This document shows, piece after piece, positions 17,227 to 25,964 of a stretch of 41,098 bases of DNA. Under the pieces are notes generated by a model. The model was given only the letters and a program-made list of their open reading frames with translations, ran no database searches and had not been told where the DNA came from. Position 1 is the first letter of the stretch; every line of letters starts with the position of its first letter. The DNA comes from a virus (lineage: Duplodnaviria; Heunggongvirae; Uroviricota; Caudoviricetes): IMG/VR virus record IMGVR_UViG_3300034102_002845. One strand, given 5' to 3'. The position numbers were made by a program, and so were the translations under genes.

Positions 17227-18303
17227 ATGAAACCAACACTCCATCTCATCGGAATTTTTCACACCCTGCCCACCCAACAATATAGCCACTGCGCTTTTAC
17301 CGGAAAGGCTATGCGCTTTCCGAAGATGATGAAGGCGCAAGGGTACAACGTAATTGAGTACGCCAACGAAGGCTCTGTTGCAAACGCCTCTGAGCATGTC
17401 ACAATGCTAACGGCAGAAGAATTTGACAGACTATACGGCAACCGCGACGATCGGGAATTCCATGGAGACGACGCCACAATTGGAACAGGGGGTCACCAAC
17501 TCTTTGAGTCTCATCTAATTCCTGCGCTTCACGACCGTGTAAAACCCCGCGACATTATCTGCCACCCCTTCGGCCACGCCCATTCGACCCTACTGAGTGA
17601 GTTCCCGTCCAACACACACGTTGAAACCGGTATTGGCTACCCTACAACCCTGGTTGGAACGAAAAAAATCTTTGAATCATACGCCTGGATGCACTATCAC
17701 CAAGGGAAAGAGGGACGAAACGGTGAGAACTACGAGTGGGTTATTCCCAATTATTTTGACACAAGCGAGTGGGAACCCTCATTCGAAAGCGGCGACTATC
17801 TCGCGTTCCTGGGAAGAATAACCCCCTTGAAAGGTCTTGACACAATCAAGGCACTCGCAGACTACAGCCCGTGGAAAATCCGCCTAGCTGGCCAAGGAGA
17901 CCCAACACCCTGGGAACACCCTAATATTGAGTACGTAGGACCACTTAAGGGCAAAGAACGTAGTACTTTCCTGAGAAACGCACGTGCCTGCTTAATGCCG
18001 ACTACCTTTACAGAACCATTTGGTGGGTCCGGCGTCGAAGGAATGCTCTGCGGGACTCCTCTAGTATCCGTGGACTACGGTGCTTTCACAGAGACCGTCA
18101 TCGAGGGTGTTACCGGGTTTCGATGCCACACTCTTCAAGAGTGGGTGAATGCTTTGCATAGCGTGGGGGACCTGGACCGAAAGAGGATACACGAGCTTTC
18201 AGCAGCAAGGTACAGCCTTGACGCGTGCGGAAAGAAGTACGCTCGGATATTCTCCGACTTGGACAATCTGTGGGATAAAGGTTGGTATACTTTGAGCGTC
18301 TAA
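17227..18303 (+). CDS. GT-B glycosyltransferase (GT4-like)
   Basis: FLGRITPLKG and EPFGGSGVEGMLCGTP (E-x7-E) motifs. Confidence 0.88.
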   Translation: MKPTLHLIGIFHTLPTQQYSHCAFTGKAMRFPKMMKAQGYNVIEYANEGSVANASEHVTMLTAEEFDRLYGNRDDREFHGDDATIGTGGHQLFESHLIPALHDRVKPRDIICHPFGHAHSTLLSEFPSNTHVETGIGYPTTLVGTKKIFESYAWMHYHQGKEGRNGENYEWVIPNYFDTSEWEPSFESGDYLAFLGRITPLKGLDTIKALADYSPWKIRLAGQGDPTPWEHPNIEYVGPLKGKERSTFLRNARACLMPTTFTEPFGGSGVEGMLCGTPLVSVDYGAFTETVIEGVTGFRCHTLQEWVNALHSVGDLDRKRIHELSAARYSLDACGKKYARIFSDLDNLWDKGWYTLSV

Positions 18304-18310
18304 CCGGGGA

Positions 18311-18317
18311 GGGTAAA
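18311..18317 (+). promoter_or_regulatory. GGGTAAA motif (putative late promoter)
   Basis: 35 nt before ATG 18346. Confidence 0.5.
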
Positions 18318-18345
18318 GTACCCTGTAAGAAGTGCTCAGCCGACC

Positions 18346-18966
18346 ATGGTTATGGACCGTAACCCTTCGTTCGCAAGGGACGAAAACTTTGAGAATAACG
18401 CAAGAAAAGTAGCAGATATGCTGTGGGAAGCTTCCAAAGGGGACCTTGCATCTATACCAAACAGCTACGTTGAGGGACTCTCTCACGGTTACTCCGACGG
18501 TTCTGTGTCACTCTTGAATCTACTCAACCGTGTCACACTCACTGAGAAAACCTACGAGGAGTTTTCCGAGGTTGTTGAGCGTCTAATTTACACTCAGGAT
18601 TCGGATTGGCCCGACGAAAGAGACATCCTTGAGATACAATCAGAAAAGCTACTCCAAGACCCCTGCGACGGAGAAAGTAGCTTCAGCGAACTTGACTTTG
18701 ACTTAAGCTTTGCCGAAACGGGCAACATGTCAAACAAGATAGAGCTTTTCCTTAAAAAGGTAATTTCCTCTGTCTACCTCGACGGTGTGTCAAATGTTAC
18801 GGACAAAGACGGAAATCCCCCGAACGCAAGTAACAGCTACCTGCAGTCCCCCGACGGAAAGTCCTTTTCTGGTAAATTCTTTGACAACACGGACTCTGAA
18901 AAGCCCAAAAAGTTTGACTTTGAGATAAATAAGGGATCAAAGGGGGACTGGACAATTAAGTATTAA
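18346..18966 (+). CDS. Acidic hypothetical protein
   Basis: ORF track; contains several F-S/A-E tripeptides. Confidence 0.7.
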   Translation: MVMDRNPSFARDENFENNARKVADMLWEASKGDLASIPNSYVEGLSHGYSDGSVSLLNLLNRVTLTEKTYEEFSEVVERLIYTQDSDWPDERDILEIQSEKLLQDPCDGESSFSELDFDLSFAETGNMSNKIELFLKKVISSVYLDGVSNVTDKDGNPPNASNSYLQSPDGKSFSGKFFDNTDSEKPKKFDFEINKGSKGDWTIKY

Positions 18967-19001
18967 GTGTCTGGAGAACGGTTCTCACCCCCACAGAAAA
19001 G

Positions 19002-19008
19002 GGGTAAA
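19002..19008 (+). promoter_or_regulatory. GGGTAAA motif (putative late promoter)
   Basis: 31 nt before ATG 19033. Confidence 0.55.
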
Positions 19009-19032
19009 ACTCAGTCGAGTCACTGGAACACA

Positions 19033-19470
19033 ATGGAAGAAAATTTCACGGTATACGCGAATAAGACCCTTAAGTCTCTCAATGACGCAATAATTGTTAA
19101 TCGTATGTCGCATTGGAACGTGAGAGGGCCAAATTTCTACGAGTGCCACCTTCTTTTCGAGAGAATTTACACCGACCTCTCCGAACAAATTGATGGCCTT
19201 GTTGAGGGCCTAAGAGCGTTTCAGCACAACCCCGACCTCGCACTCTTCAGTGGCCCTGGAATCTCGATGCAGAACTACGACTGTAAGTTTTTGGCCGAAC
19301 TTTCCCTTGACTTTTTAATGTCCCTGAGCGCCACACTCGCCTTATTTTTCGAGTTTGTTGAGGGCATCGAGGGTGACCCTCGCCTAGTCGCACTTTCCAA
19401 TCGCATTCAAGGCATCTCTGACGCGGTTCTCACTGACCAATACCTCCTCCAAGCTTACCTCGGAATGTGA
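19033..19470 (+). CDS. dps: Dps/ferritin-like protein
   Basis: HWNVRGPNFYECHLLFERIY...DGLVE matches the Dps signature; ATG 19033 preferred. Confidence 0.75.
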   Translation: MEENFTVYANKTLKSLNDAIIVNRMSHWNVRGPNFYECHLLFERIYTDLSEQIDGLVEGLRAFQHNPDLALFSGPGISMQNYDCKFLAELSLDFLMSLSATLALFFEFVEGIEGDPRLVALSNRIQGISDAVLTDQYLLQAYLGM

Positions 19471-19524
19471 GCCTTTACCGGCGTGTCGCAACGCTAAGCT
19501 AGTCCCAGCTACTCGAGAACTATT

Positions 19525-19797
19525 ATGTATCTGGTTGTTCGTGTTGATGGCCGAGTGTGGGATGGCTTCGGATGGAACGTGAAAGGCAAGAAGTTCTTCA
19601 CAGTGGCCAGTGCAACCCGCTCTCTGCATGAGAATGGCGAAGGTGTCGAAAAGGCTGAGATTCGGCCTGCAGAGGGAATTCTGCACGAGTGGGCATCGCC
19701 TGCAGTACCATCCAATGAGCGCTGGCTGCACGAACCCTCGGCTGCAGCAGACCTGCTAGCCGCGATGGCCTGGTCCGTCAGCCATGACTTAAAATGA
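19525..19797 (+). CDS. Hypothetical protein
   Basis: ORF track. Confidence 0.6.
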   Translation: MYLVVRVDGRVWDGFGWNVKGKKFFTVASATRSLHENGEGVEKAEIRPAEGILHEWASPAVPSNERWLHEPSAAADLLAAMAWSVSHDLK

Positions 19798-19982
19798 TAC
19801 CACCAAGAAACTTCCCACCAGGTGTCCTAAAGCTGGTTGAAATCGAGGGAAACCAGATAGTGAAGACACATGCAGAGTGGCCGTCAACTTCTCGGTACAG
19901 AAGCAAACTACAAAATATGAGAAATGACCTCCTCATGATTAACCCTAAGTTGGACCTTCAAATTATCGAAAACAATGCTTGA
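19794..19982 (+). CDS. Hypothetical protein
   Basis: ORF track; overlaps neighbours. Confidence 0.55.
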   Translation: MIPPRNFPPGVLKLVEIEGNQIVKTHAEWPSTSRYRSKLQNMRNDLLMINPKLDLQIIENNA

Positions 19983-20160
19983 GCACAATAATGATAACCT
20001 TACCACGAAACTTTCCTCCGATGACAATGGTGACCTCGTTCTTGACTTCCCTGAAGAGATCCTTCAAGCAGTTGGCTGGTCAGAAGGAGACACGCTCGGA
20101 ATCGAGGTGTTCGCCGGACGAATCATTTTCCGAAAGATTGAGCCCGACAGCGATAGCTAA
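19975..20160 (+). CDS. AbrB/MazE/SpoVT-like DNA-binding protein
   Basis: GDLVLDFPEEILQAVGWSEGDTLGIEV pattern. Confidence 0.7.
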   Translation: MLEHNNDNLTTKLSSDDNGDLVLDFPEEILQAVGWSEGDTLGIEVFAGRIIFRKIEPDSDS

Positions 20161-20307
20161 GTTGAACATGGACGTTTTGTTAAGGCTTTGCGAGCGTGAG
20201 ACTGAGATTTCTCTGCGTGAAGCATCGAGAAACCGCTGCGACGATCTCTGATCTCTAGCCCTTGGCTCCTGCGACCTGGGGCAAGGGGTGGATCCCCCCT
20301 CGCTCGG

Positions 20308-20351
20308 GGACGGTTTCCCGGCTTGTTTCTGCGGCGCAGAAACGGTATAGT
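20308..20351 (+). promoter_or_regulatory. Repeated composite promoter
   Basis: CGGTTTCCCG; TTGTTT-17-TATAGT; GTTTCTGC-ggc-GCAGAAAC. Confidence 0.85.
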
Positions 20352-20374
20352 TACTTCAGTCCACGCAAGCACCC

Positions 20375-20557
20375 TTGAAAAAGTCCACCCTCGACCTCTT
20401 CGATGAAAAGGCAAAGACGGAAGACGAGCTTAAATTTGCACTCTGCGAAGAGTTTGCATCTGAGATGGAATTGCCTGTAGACTACGTCTACGCTGAGTTT
20501 GTGGACCCCAACACCACCTCTTTACAAGAGGTTAAGTTCGTTCTTGATCGTTTCTAG
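20375..20557 (+). CDS. Small acidic protein (VDYxxxEF motif, paralog of 27326-27463)
   Basis: Directly behind the promoter element; shared motif. Confidence 0.6.
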   Translation: MKKSTLDLFDEKAKTEDELKFALCEEFASEMELPVDYVYAEFVDPNTTSLQEVKFVLDRF

Positions 20558-20594
20558 GCTGCTTCGCAACGCTACCCCAACCAACTTCCCTGCA

Positions 20595-20720
20595 ATGCCT
20601 GACACTTTAGACTTTAGCGGAAACCTTGTGACCTTTTTAGGTCTCATCGGTGTTACATCCACGCTCGTTATCTACGTGGTGGTATCAAGAGCTTTCTGGT
20701 CTTCACCTTTTCGGCGTTAG
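20595..20720 (+). CDS. Small single-pass membrane protein
   Basis: MPDTLDFSGNLVTFLGLIGV... hydrophobic helix. Confidence 0.6.
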   Translation: MPDTLDFSGNLVTFLGLIGVTSTLVIYVVVSRAFWSSPFRR

Positions 20721-20762
20721 CTCTCCGCAGTAACTTCGCAAAGTACACACAACCACTCGGCC

Positions 20763-20912
20763 ATGAAACTCAACTACTTCAACCTTCTAGCCACTCTCTG
20801 TATTGGGGCACTCGGCAGCTTAATGTTCCCACACGCCATTTTCCTGTTTGCCTTTGTTAATGGGTTTTGCGGTGGCATTTTGTACCCCATTGTTGAGTTT
20901 GAGGAGCACTGA
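20763..20912 (+). CDS. Small hydrophobic protein (MKLNYFNLL...)
   Basis: Manual translation. Confidence 0.5.
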   Translation: MKLNYFNLLATLCIGALGSLMFPHAIFLFAFVNGFCGGILYPIVEFEEH

Positions 20913-20954
20913 CAAGGCCCCTGCCCCACCTAAATAATCCGCACCCTAAACAAG

Positions 20955-21122
20955 ATGGCAAGCTTCACCGACGAACGTTACATGGACCTGGCCACGGAAA
21001 TTTACCTCCACCTTATCCGGGAGAGTGGACCTCATGCACTTCTTGACTTCGAACTGAGGGAACTAGCGAAAAGGGCCGACGATGCCGCAGCTGCTCTGGC
21101 GGATCGATTCCTGGAGGAATGA
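20955..21122 (+). CDS. Small hypothetical protein (MASFTDERYMDL...)
   Basis: Manual translation; ATGA overlap with the next gene. Confidence 0.6.
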   Translation: MASFTDERYMDLATEIYLHLIRESGPHALLDFELRELAKRADDAAAALADRFLEE

Positions 21123-21550
21123 GCCAACCTTGCATGAAAACATACCAATTTTGGTACGGATCCCCGCACGGTGATGGGTCAGAAGTTTACTACCGGTCCA
21201 ATCCTCAACCGGTGTTCGAGTGCTACTGCGAAGGAATCGACAAAGCAGTGAAACTATTTGAAGCACAAACACAAAAGTCCTTCATGAGGGGGTACAGCAT
21301 AAGTGTGGATTCGGACTTAAGCTTCCCGGAAGTGAACTACTACGATCGCCCGAACTTTGCACCTGTAAAGGGTTTCAGGGGTGTGAGTAGACTACGTTGG
21401 AGGTTAAGCTTTAAGCTATGGTGCGCCTACCGTGAAATTGTACATAGTTGGAGAGCTGGGGCCGGTTTCCCGCCCTTGCTTTATTGGGCAGAAAGCGGTA
21501 TAGTAGAGTCAGTTAACCCACCTTTGGCCAACAGCCATGAACACCTCTAA
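21119..21550 (+). CDS. Hypothetical protein whose 3' end reads through a promoter element
   Basis: ORF track. Confidence 0.55.
   Translation: MSQPCMKTYQFWYGSPHGDGSEVYYRSNPQPVFECYCEGIDKAVKLFEAQTQKSFMRGYSISVDSDLSFPEVNYYDRPNFAPVKGFRGVSRLRWRLSFKLWCAYREIVHSWRAGAGFPPLLYWAESGIVESVNPPLANSHEHL
21461..21504 (+). promoter_or_regulatory. Repeated composite promoter
   Basis: CGGTTTCCCG; TTGCTT-17-TATAGT. Confidence 0.8.
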
Positions 21551-21788
21551 ACTGTGTCCCAACGCTCAAGAGCTGTACGACGCCGCAGAATCCAAACTTA
21601 AGCAGTTTGAGATCCCCGAGGATACCCTTCGCACAGCGTTGGCCGCTGCCCTACACCGTCTTTCAGACAAGTGGGAGAGGGAAATTGGAATTTTCAATAA
21701 CAAACCAAAAACCGAGTTTATACGCGGGATCACAAACTGTACGACCTCTTTGACAGAGATTGCTGACGACTTAGAGGGAAAGTCCTGA
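21537..21788 (+). CDS. Hypothetical protein
   Basis: ORF behind promoter element. Confidence 0.65.
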   Translation: MNTSKLCPNAQELYDAAESKLKQFEIPEDTLRTALAAALHRLSDKWEREIGIFNNKPKTEFIRGITNCTTSLTEIADDLEGKS

Positions 21789-21801
21789 CAACTTTTCACT
21801 T

Positions 21802-22002
21802 ATGACCAAATCTACGATAAAGTATGAGATCACCCCCGAAGTCGCACTCAGAGTTGCACAAGCTCTTCGTAACGAAGCGCACCGACTCGAAAATGAGAGT
21901 GAACGTGCCTGTGAAAAGGGCTTCGACGACTACGGCACCTTGCTCTGGGAAGAGTGTTCCCTTCATAATAAGCTGGCTGATTACTTCTACCCCTTAGGTT
22001 AA
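21802..22002 (+). CDS. Hypothetical protein
   Basis: ORF track. Confidence 0.6.
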   Translation: MTKSTIKYEITPEVALRVAQALRNEAHRLENESERACEKGFDDYGTLLWEECSLHNKLADYFYPLG

Positions 22003-22034
22003 ACAACTAAAGCCCCTTAACCCTCGAGATTACT

Positions 22035-22145
22035 ATGGAAGTTCCAATTTTGTTAGTGATTATCGTGTCCGCCATTGCCGTTGCAGGTGTGGTGTCAACT
22101 CTAGTCATGTACAATGTTCTTCAAGGTTTGACAAGGAGAAAATGA
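22035..22145 (+). CDS. 36-aa membrane peptide
   Basis: MEVPILLVIIVSAIAVAGVV...; ATGA overlap. Confidence 0.5.
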   Translation: MEVPILLVIIVSAIAVAGVVSTLVMYNVLQGLTRRK

Positions 22146-22438
22146 CGATTGACCCCTACGGTAACCTTCGTTCTTTGCAAGAGGTTAGAGCCGCAACACA
22201 AAAGGTAGTGAGTGCGTTTAGCCATCGTCACAACCCTGAAGCTGACTCCGGCTTTAGCGCCCTTGCTGAGGCCATCCGTGTTGCAGCCCAGGAGGCTTCA
22301 CCGGTGGAATACGGCTCACTATACGGTTTTCCTATGGAATACAAGTGCCATGTACGTAATGCCCTGAACCTAATCGCGTCTGAGCTAGACGCTCTGGCCA
22401 TGGAACGCGAATCTTTTCTAAGGCAAGGCTCTGACTGA
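22142..22438 (+). CDS. Hypothetical protein
   Basis: ORF track. Confidence 0.6.
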   Translation: MTIDPYGNLRSLQEVRAATQKVVSAFSHRHNPEADSGFSALAEAIRVAAQEASPVEYGSLYGFPMEYKCHVRNALNLIASELDALAMERESFLRQGSD

Positions 22439-22515
22439 TTACTGTCGGGTAGCCCTATGCAGCTCTTAAGCGAAATCAGCACACACTTCTCAGATTAAAC
22501 ACCCCCCGTAGCCAA

Positions 22516-23043
22516 ATGTCTGGAAAGTTTTCGTTCAGCAAACTAGTTTTAGGTTTGACACGCCCCAAGGCGGTAACGTCAGGAGTCGTTGCGTACTACC
22601 TCCAACCACTCATACACGGCAACAACACCGCACTGAATATGCTATTTACAGCATTTTCCGTTCTAGCCTACTTAATTGCCATCCTGATTGTGGTGGTCGG
22701 AGATCCTTTTCTGATCCCTCCGGGAAGCTGGAGGGTCGCCGAGGTGTACAGGGAACGTCTCAATAGACGATGGGCTCGCCACCAGGTACTCTTCCTGTCT
22801 TACCTTGTTACGCTCGGGCTTATTTTTGTATCCGTGCTGGTGTCAAAAGCTGCTCCCACCCTAAGTATCTGGTTGGAACGAATATACCTGTTCCTTGGCA
22901 TTCTCGCATTCTCGCATTCGCTGAGCATTCCAAGTGTTTTAATTGCTACCCAAAGAGAGCGAATTGACTCTGTTATCGAGTCAAGAAGAAGGCAAGAAGG
23001 TATTGCCCCTCGAACCGATCTGGGAGAGGGGGGACTTGGTTAG
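22516..23043 (+). CDS. Multi-pass membrane protein
   Basis: Three to four hydrophobic segments. Confidence 0.6.
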   Translation: MSGKFSFSKLVLGLTRPKAVTSGVVAYYLQPLIHGNNTALNMLFTAFSVLAYLIAILIVVVGDPFLIPPGSWRVAEVYRERLNRRWARHQVLFLSYLVTLGLIFVSVLVSKAAPTLSIWLERIYLFLGILAFSHSLSIPSVLIATQRERIDSVIESRRRQEGIAPRTDLGEGGLG

Positions 23044-23086
23044 GGCGGTTTTCCACCCTTGTTTCTGCTCGGCAGTAACGTATACT
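23043..23086 (+). promoter_or_regulatory. Repeated composite promoter
   Basis: CGGTTTTCC; TTGTTT-16-TATACT. Confidence 0.8.
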
Positions 23087-23111
23087 TAATTCAGTTGAGA
23101 CACTCGAACCA

Positions 23112-23966
23112 ATGACCCTCGCCCAGCCCCAAACCCCTACTACAAAGGAACTTGTAAAGGGCCTAATCTTCCATAACTACGCAGAGCGCAAGCCCGAGGA
23201 AGGGTTGTGCATCTGGAGGATGTCACACAAGAGCAAAAAGTTTACAATAGTGTTCACAGCAGAGATGCGTATGCGTGGTGCCGGGTTTAAGGACGTGCTG
23301 TCGCCTGAGTTTGACTACTGGGATGGCTACAGAGTGATTCTTCCCAAGGGGCTGATTGAGTGGGCGGAAATCCCGGCTGGTATGACCTTGCCCCGAGGAC
23401 TTGGCAACCACGTGCTTGATATTCCCGGCGTAGAGCACGAGAATTGCCCCTTTTGCAGGAGCCAACCTAAATGGCGAAGTGGGGGCTTCGGCGGCTATAC
23501 TCTACTAAACCACACAGACTTTCACCTTGTGTGCTGCAAGTGGTTCAACGGAGAGCGCAACCGTTCCCACGACCCTGTAGCGTTAGCCGCAGCCAGCCAG
23601 AAACGCAGCTATAATCGGATAATGGGTCCGTACAACTTATTTCGGGCAGTTCAAGACCAGTTTCCCCTTCAAAGGGCACTTCGAAACTTTTTCGTCACCG
23701 GGTTCGCCTGGGGTCTTTTCTCTCGAAACTCTCACATTTCGCTCAAGAGTGGGAAGCCCAAAGTCATGTATAATAGCAAAAGCACAGCATTGAGCGCAGC
23801 CGACTCGATGCAAAAGAGACTCGGTGGCACCTTCAGTGCGTACAAATGCGCATTTTGCGACGGATACCACGTTGGCCGTAGTCGCACTCGACAAGAGGCG
23901 CGAGAGCGTTGCTCTCCCTTTCAGTTTACCATACAAACTACAAACAATGATCAACGTAATCCTTGA
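23112..23966 (+). CDS. Hypothetical protein, probable in-frame fusion of two Cys-motif genes (second start ATG 23622)
   Basis: CPFC...CC and YKCAFCDGYH motifs; internal TATAAT at 23610-23615. Confidence 0.6.
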   Translation: MTLAQPQTPTTKELVKGLIFHNYAERKPEEGLCIWRMSHKSKKFTIVFTAEMRMRGAGFKDVLSPEFDYWDGYRVILPKGLIEWAEIPAGMTLPRGLGNHVLDIPGVEHENCPFCRSQPKWRSGGFGGYTLLNHTDFHLVCCKWFNGERNRSHDPVALAAASQKRSYNRIMGPYNLFRAVQDQFPLQRALRNFFVTGFAWGLFSRNSHISLKSGKPKVMYNSKSTALSAADSMQKRLGGTFSAYKCAFCDGYHVGRSRTRQEARERCSPFQFTIQTTNNDQRNP

Positions 23967-24621
23967 CAAAAAGCACTGGTTCATGTGCATGCTGGACACG
24001 AGAAAGCACATTGAGAGCTCGCTCGGGAAGCCAATGTCTCTTCCTCCTTCGATTCAAGATTGCTTGGACGAAAGCGACTTTTCGAACGAGGGTTCCCCTT
24101 GTGCTGACCTTATTTCGCTTTTCAAGTTGATAAAAGGTTGCGAATACGAACAAGTCGCACGAGAAAACACTTGCAACTTCGAAAACGACCTGTCTGACTT
24201 TTTCGTGTACACTGTGTACGCTCCCTTAGGGAGCTCGGACTGGCTCTGGCAGCGCGATTGTTTCGTCACTGTGGAGATTGGTGATTCGGGTGATCCTCGC
24301 TACGTTAGCTACGAGACCGCTCAAGTTTACGACCTGTGCGACAACCAACTTGCTGAGACGGGGTTCCTGAGTGACCGGTTAAGTTGGTACGCTCGCTACT
24401 TCCCGCACAGAGAATTTGAAGAAAACAGCGACGAAGTCAAGCTCCTTGAGAGAACCAACGAAGAACTCGATGCTACTTCTTCAGGCAACCCGACAAGTCA
24501 GCTCGGAGAGCTTTGCTACGCTGATCCGATATGGGTTGAAGAGTACCAGGGATTTGTCGCAAGAGTAAAAGGGTCAAGGTTCCCAATGGTGTTTGTACCT
24601 ACGGAGCCGTACTACGGCTAG
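23947..24621 (+). CDS. Acidic hypothetical protein
   Basis: ORF track; ATG 23947 preferred. Confidence 0.65.
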   Translation: MINVILDKKHWFMCMLDTRKHIESSLGKPMSLPPSIQDCLDESDFSNEGSPCADLISLFKLIKGCEYEQVARENTCNFENDLSDFFVYTVYAPLGSSDWLWQRDCFVTVEIGDSGDPRYVSYETAQVYDLCDNQLAETGFLSDRLSWYARYFPHREFEENSDEVKLLERTNEELDATSSGNPTSQLGELCYADPIWVEEYQGFVARVKGSRFPMVFVPTEPYYG

Positions 24622-24824
24622 TCCCCCACGGGTCTCGGTTTCTTTCGCTTAGGCGGGTCAACGAGTCGAGGAATCGGCCCGTAGTACTCCAATGGGCTGC
24701 CTTGTGTAGAGTGACCGCAGCGGAATGTGCGGTCGAGTAGAACACAAATGTCTTCACGGTCTATGATTTTCCCGTCAAAAGTGGTTTGTTTCCAATCCTT
24801 ATTGTCGTCATCAGCTAGGTTCAT
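24618..24824 (-). CDS. Hypothetical protein
   Basis: ORF track; co-oriented with the upstream minus-strand gene. Confidence 0.55.
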   Translation of the reverse strand: MNLADDDNKDWKQTTFDGKIIDREDICVLLDRTFRCGHSTQGSPLEYYGPIPRLVDPPKRKKPRPVGD

Positions 24825-24859
24825 AATCGCCCCTTACAGGATTAAAGGAAGGTTGTACT

Positions 24860-25942
24860 TTAGTTTACGGTGGACACACTCTTCGTAAACGGGTTCATTT
24901 GGATTTTACCCCCAGTGCGGCTTTGGATGGCTTCTATAGCCGCATCCACAAAGTCTGTGTTCCACTTTGCAGTGTCTTTCACTGAGTCTGTTGCCCTTAA
25001 AGCGGCGGCTAACTGGCCGAGCGTAATTTCCTCCGACCAAACCCCGCTTGAAGACAAGTATCCAAGAGCCTTTGCAGCTTCACAAACACTGGAGTGCATG
25101 GGACAACCCGCGTACTTCTTCACCAACTTGTGTACGATACTGTTGCTGGTCAAGGTCTCCCAGTCTTTTTCAAGCTCCATGCGAGACACACAAACATTCC
25201 CCTCGTTCACCCAGGCCAACAAGTCTCTACGGACTTGAGTGTTGTATGCTCCTGACGTACCAACACTATCGGAAATCAGCTCACTAAGTGGAACAAGGTC
25301 CTGAGGTGTTTGCTCTCGCACACCCGCCGTGCGTTCGAGACACCAATTTTTAACGGTGTCCATGTCTCTTTCGCTGCTAATTTCGCTCCACAATAGGGTT
25401 AGACGTTCAACGTCAGCTGCAGCAGACCCCAGATACTGCTCAAATACAGGGTACACTCCTTCAATTAAAAGTTTTTCGATGTATCGCGAGTCTGAGACCG
25501 AGCTAGCCAGTTGAACACCGAGAGGCAATCTTGTAAGCTCCCTTGGAAGTATATCTTCGTAGTATGCGCGAGTCTTTCTGCCCCTTGTGTCACTCGTGGT
25601 CATTTTGACTGCCTTAACCATGCTTTTAAGGGACGCGTACCCCAGGGCTTCCGCATCTTCCTTAAGGGAAGACAGCTCCCTTGCGCATTTCCCAAGGAAC
25701 AAGGTTGCGTTGTGGAGACTAGAGTCATTGACTGACATTCCAGCTTCGTGGGCGAAACTTACAACTATCTCTTTTGTCTCTTTAAGTTTATCTTCACAAC
25801 AATATAAAGCCTTTTCTGCCTTAGCCAGTTTGCCCTTGGTGTCTTTAACTTCAGCTTCCAGTTCACTAATTCTGGACTCAAATTGTGAAAAAGCGTTCGT
25901 TAGTGCTTGAGACGCCGTGTGTCTAGCCGCTATTAAGTTCAT
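24860..25942 (-). CDS. Hypothetical protein with N-terminal coiled coil
   Basis: 360-aa ORF. Confidence 0.75.
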   Translation of the reverse strand: MNLIAARHTASQALTNAFSQFESRISELEAEVKDTKGKLAKAEKALYCCEDKLKETKEIVVSFAHEAGMSVNDSSLHNATLFLGKCARELSSLKEDAEALGYASLKSMVKAVKMTTSDTRGRKTRAYYEDILPRELTRLPLGVQLASSVSDSRYIEKLLIEGVYPVFEQYLGSAAADVERLTLLWSEISSERDMDTVKNWCLERTAGVREQTPQDLVPLSELISDSVGTSGAYNTQVRRDLLAWVNEGNVCVSRMELEKDWETLTSNSIVHKLVKKYAGCPMHSSVCEAAKALGYLSSSGVWSEEITLGQLAAALRATDSVKDTAKWNTDFVDAAIEAIQSRTGGKIQMNPFTKSVSTVN

Positions 25943-25964
25943 AGTTGAGTGAAAAGTTTTGGGA

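Noticed and set aside
20220-20310. Possible tRNA in a GC-rich intergenic stretch
   Set aside because: No cloverleaf or T-loop consensus could be built. No tRNA was recognised anywhere in the window.
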